A DNA stretch of 64,000 bases, taken from positions 1 through 64,000 of the forward strand of contig NIVC01000888.1 in the NCBI GenBank assembly GCA_002269645.1. The letters are read 5' to 3'. Both the position numbers and the translations under genes were made by a program. Numbering within the stretch: the first letter of the stretch is position 1; each line of letters starts with the position of its first letter. This DNA comes from Macrostomum lignano (taxonomy: Eukaryota). Below the pieces are notes generated by a model that saw nothing but the letters and a program-made list of their open reading frames with translations, made no database searches and had not been told where the DNA came from. Shown here piece after piece: positions 47,700-64,000 of this stretch.

Positions 47700-48400
47700 G
47701 CTGAGTCTCCTCATTCATTCACCCAGTCACCTGTTCACTCATTCATTCACCCAGTCACCTGTTCACTCAATCATTCACCCAGTCACCTGTTCACTCATTC
47801 ATTCACCCAGTCACCTGTTCACTCATTCATTCACCCAGTCACCTGTTCACTCATTCATTCACCCAGTAACCTGTTCACTCATTCATTCACCCAGTAACCT
47901 GTTCACTCTTTCTTTCACCCAAGTCACCTGTTCACTCATTCATTCACCCAGTCACCTGTTCACTCATTCATTTACCCAGTCACCTGTTCACTCATTCATT
48001 CACCCAGTCACCAGCTGTTCACTAATTCATTCACCCAGTCACCTGTTCACTCATTCATTCACCCAGTCACCTGTTCACTCATTAATTCACCCAAGTCACA
48101 TGTTCACTCATTCATTCACCCAAGTCACCTGTTCACTCATTCATTCACCCAGTCACCAGCTGTTCACTCATTCATTCACCCAGTCACCTGTTCGCTCATT
48201 CATTCACCCAGTCACCTGTTCACTCATTAATTCACCCAAGTCACATGTTCACTCATTCATTCACCCAAGTCACCTGTTCACTCATTCATTCACCCAGTCA
48301 CCTGTTCACTCATTCATTCACCCAAGTCACCTGTTCACTCATTCATTTAACCAGTCACGTGTTCACTCATTCATTCAAGCATTCATTCACGCACTGGTTC
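47700..48400. repeat. 28-29-bp minisatellite just 3' of the ML-domain gene
   Basis: Unit CACCCAGTCACCTGTTCACTCATTCATT. Confidence 0.93.
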
Positions 48401-48452
48401 AATCACGAGTCCAGTTTTCCAACTCGCTCAGTCCTGAGTCGTGAGGGCTCCC

Positions 48453-49259
48453 TCAGTGCTTATCCCGCACCCGCAGCCGGAACCGGATATTGTAGCAGGC
48501 CAAATTGCGCAACGCCCCGCCTGCCGTAGTCTCATTTTTGCCTAGCAACCGTTGCGTCATCGTCAGCTGCGCCTGGTAGCCGCCGCTGATGCAGTCGGGA
48601 CTGACACCGAACTTGCTCAGCAGGCCGGGCAGGGCAGGGTACACCGGCAGGGCCCGCTGCCGGTACACACCCCGCCGCAGGCTGCACAGGCACGGAATCG
48701 GCACGTCGTGCAGCCGCGGCACCAGCTGGCGTCGTCGACGACGACAGAATCGACGATGCCGTTTAGGGCTGATCACGTGACTGACGGACAGGCGAGACAG
48801 GGCGCACAGATCCGGCAGGTGCAGACTGCTGCCGTCGCTGGAGTTGCCGCTGCCCGAAGGCAGCAGCAGCAGGCGGGCCAGCAGCCGGCCAGCCAGGGAA
48901 AGCAGCGGGCAGGCGACCGGCTGGCGGAGCACCGGCGCCAGGCGGAGCTGAATGCCGACGGGGCCGTCGGACGCCGGCAGGTCCTCGAGCAGGCGCAGCC
49001 GGTAGCGAATCCGCAGCCTGGACGCGCTGCCATCGGCGTAGAGGCGCAGCGGCGAGGGCCGCGTGGCCAGCTGCAGCAGCTGCACAGTCGGCTGGCTCGG
49101 CTGCGGGCAGGGCGAGAACTCGATGGGGTGCCACCGGCGGGGCCGTTTCTGCTGCCGCTGCTGCTGCTTCTGGCATTCATCACTGCCGGATTGACAGCCA
49201 GTCAGCAGCAGCAGCAGCAATAGCAGGAGCAGCAGCCGAGGATTCTTCAATGGCCGCAT
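48453..49259 (-). CDS. Secreted ML-domain lipid-binding protein, GM2 activator-like, intronless
   Basis: Poly-Leu signal peptide; IEFSPC near the N-terminus; VPIPCLCSLRRGVY resembles GM2A LPCHCPFKEGTY; SGGYQAQLT..LACYNIRFRL resembles TTGNYRIES..LGCIKIAASL. Confidence 0.7.
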   Translation of the reverse strand: MRPLKNPRLLLLLLLLLLLTGCQSGSDECQKQQQRQQKRPRRWHPIEFSPCPQPSQPTVQLLQLATRPSPLRLYADGSASRLRIRYRLRLLEDLPASDGPVGIQLRLAPVLRQPVACPLLSLAGRLLARLLLLPSGSGNSSDGSSLHLPDLCALSRLSVSHVISPKRHRRFCRRRRRQLVPRLHDVPIPCLCSLRRGVYRQRALPVYPALPGLLSKFGVSPDCISGGYQAQLTMTQRLLGKNETTAGGALRNLACYNIRFRLRVRDKH

Positions 49260-50509
49260 GCTGAGAATGAGTCTCCTTTGTTCGAGTTTGCTCGCTCGCT
49301 CGTTCAGCTTCTTGCTGCTCTTCTTTCTGCTCCGGCCGCCAAAGCTGACCCTTTTTTCTCTTTCTCTCTTTCTGTCTTCTTGTTTTCCCTCTTTATTTTC
49401 TGGGGGCACCCGCGGCGATCGCCCCGCCCCCACCCCCAGCTCGACCCCGGGGACTGGGACGGCTGCGATGCCAGACAGACAGACAGATAGCCCAGATAGA
49501 AAGAAAGCGATACAGGAGGCCCCCGCGAGGCGAGCCCAGGACCCCATGCGGCACCGCCTACCGCAGCCGTTCTGTGCCTCCCCCTGTCCGCTTCTCGCCA
49601 AGCCCTACCGCATCGGATTTTGTTGGAGCAGTAGAAATTTGGACACCAGCTAGCCTGGCCCATTTAAGCTTAGCTGTGTAATGCGCCTGGGCCTAAATGC
49701 CCGCCCGAACTGCTAAGTGACTGCCGGATTCCCCATAGCTTGTATGCGCTGCGCCTCCCAGCTCCCAGCTTGCCAAACCTGATGGAGGTGATGGAGCCGC
49801 CCTCAGTCTTGAGGCAATAATTTGGGATAAAAGCACTTTCCTCGCTCTTGCATTCCTCAAGTTTCCAGAGCAATAAAAAGATACCGGAAATGCTGCAGAG
49901 GAAGTTTTCGCATCCAGGAAATTCAACTGTGGGAATCAAATCAATGACGATGACTGATGCAAATCCATCAACGAATGCAGAAGTGAATTGCACCCACGGA
50001 CAAGTAGAAGGACCGCAAACTTTCTGGATTTCTGAAGCCAGTACTTGGTGTGTCCGAGCTGCGCTCACAGGTTTATCAAAGCTGCTTTTTCCATGAACTG
50101 CTGCCGGAGACTGGCAAAGAAACTCCAGCTGCTCCCCTGTCTCTTCAGTGCAGGAGCAGCTGGACCGAACTTGTCTATGGCCAAACCCTATTCAGGGCTG
50201 TGCAAAACCTTTTCTTGTAGCAAAAACTGGCGGTTCGCAGCAAAATTTGTAGCAGACTCTGCGAGTGCAGCGGCCTTGCTGCTTCAGCTGTCCGTGATGG
50301 CAGCCACGATAGCGAAAAGCAATTATTGCACATCATTTGCCTTAATATAATAATAGGCTTTCCGAATTTCCTGAGGCGAGACCGCATGGGACAGCCGAGC
50401 GCCTCTGGGTGGTCGCCCAGTTCAGATGGAATCGCCTATGAAATTTTCTAGATATGGCTGATTGCTTTGAACTTGCTGCATTTCTTCTGCCTCCTGTCTG
50501 CTGCCACGC

Positions 50510-50955
50510 TACAGGAATAATGACAGTCATTTCAGACAGACACTGCATGAGCTGCAGGAATAATGACAGTCATTTCAGACAGACACTGCATGAGCTGCAG
50601 GAATAATGACAGTCATTTCAGGCAGACACTGCATGAGCTGCAGGAATAATGACAGTCATTTCAGACAGACACTGCATGAGCTGCAGGAATAATGACAGTC
50701 ATTTCAGACAGACACTGCATGAGCTGCAGGAATTGTGACAGTCATTTCAGACAGACACTGCATGAGCTGCAGGAATTGTGACAGTCATTTCAGACAGACA
50801 CTGCATGAGCTGCAGGAATAATGACAGTCATTTCAGACAGACACTGCATGAGCTGCAGGAATAATGACAGTCATTTCAGACAGACACTGCATGAGCTGCA
50901 GGAATAATGACAGTCATTTCAGACAGACACTGCATGAGCTGCAGGAATAATGACA
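50510..50955. repeat. 43-bp minisatellite (about 10 copies)
   Basis: Unit GCTGCAGGAATAATGACAGTCATTTCAGACAGACACTGCATGA. Confidence 0.93.
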
Positions 50956-51415
50956 ACGGTATCTATCAAATCCTATAATGATTTCTTCAAATTGAAAGAA
51001 AAATCCTTAATTCTCAAAGTTGTTAATCAATCGGTTACATTTCGAATAGTTGAAATCAGAATGTTATTCGTGTAAACTTTATGATTGAAATGATTCGCTA
51101 AAATCTATGTGTAAGCTACAAAGATTTAACAGATTCAGAGCAAATCAATGCGCACTTCATACTACTAGTTAAAATACGAGTATATACTTGAGAACTTTCA
51201 TTGAAGGCCCAGTTTGCCTTCATATTCTCAAGACTGATAAGAACGGATGGAATGAGCGCCTCCTTACACCATCAATCCTTTTTGAACCGAAATCACGCCT
51301 TCAATAATGTTTCGACCTCTTACTAAGAGCGATTTTTGCTAGGTCTGTTAAGTCTAAAAATGATTACATCATGAAAACTACATGGCAACAAAAACAGGCC
51401 GCAACTTCAGTGACT

Positions 51416-63687
<12,272 letters not shown>

Positions 63688-63691
63688 CTGT

Positions 63692-64000
<309 letters not shown>

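Noticed and set aside
49670-50548. Several short ORFs between the ML-domain gene and XDH
   Set aside because: No homology recognised, no consistent frame or splice structure.

Overview
Eukaryotic (animal) genomic DNA. Exons are GC-rich, intergenic DNA is AT-rich, and almost every long intron carries its own minisatellite. This pattern suggests the free-living flatworm Macrostomum lignano or a relative (inference only). Contents in order: replication-dependent histone H2A and H3 genes with 3' stem-loops, plus orphan stem-loops; eIF3f (3 exons, +); an intronless SARNP/Tho1 homolog (+); ANAPC4 (5 exons, -); a NAP1-like nucleosome assembly gene (-) with a complete AMPA/kainate-type ionotropic glutamate receptor gene nested on the same strand in one intron, carrying an in-frame TAG; an interlocked inverted-repeat block; three intronless minus-strand membrane or secreted protein genes (2-TM PPxY protein, single-CRD TNF-receptor-like protein, GM2A/ML-domain protein); and the 3' part of a xanthine dehydrogenase/aldehyde oxidase-family gene (9 exons in window, -) with an intact, identical-LTR Gypsy/Mag retrotransposon in one intron. 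Exon boundaries were read by hand from GT/AG sites and remembered protein homology. No database searches were run.
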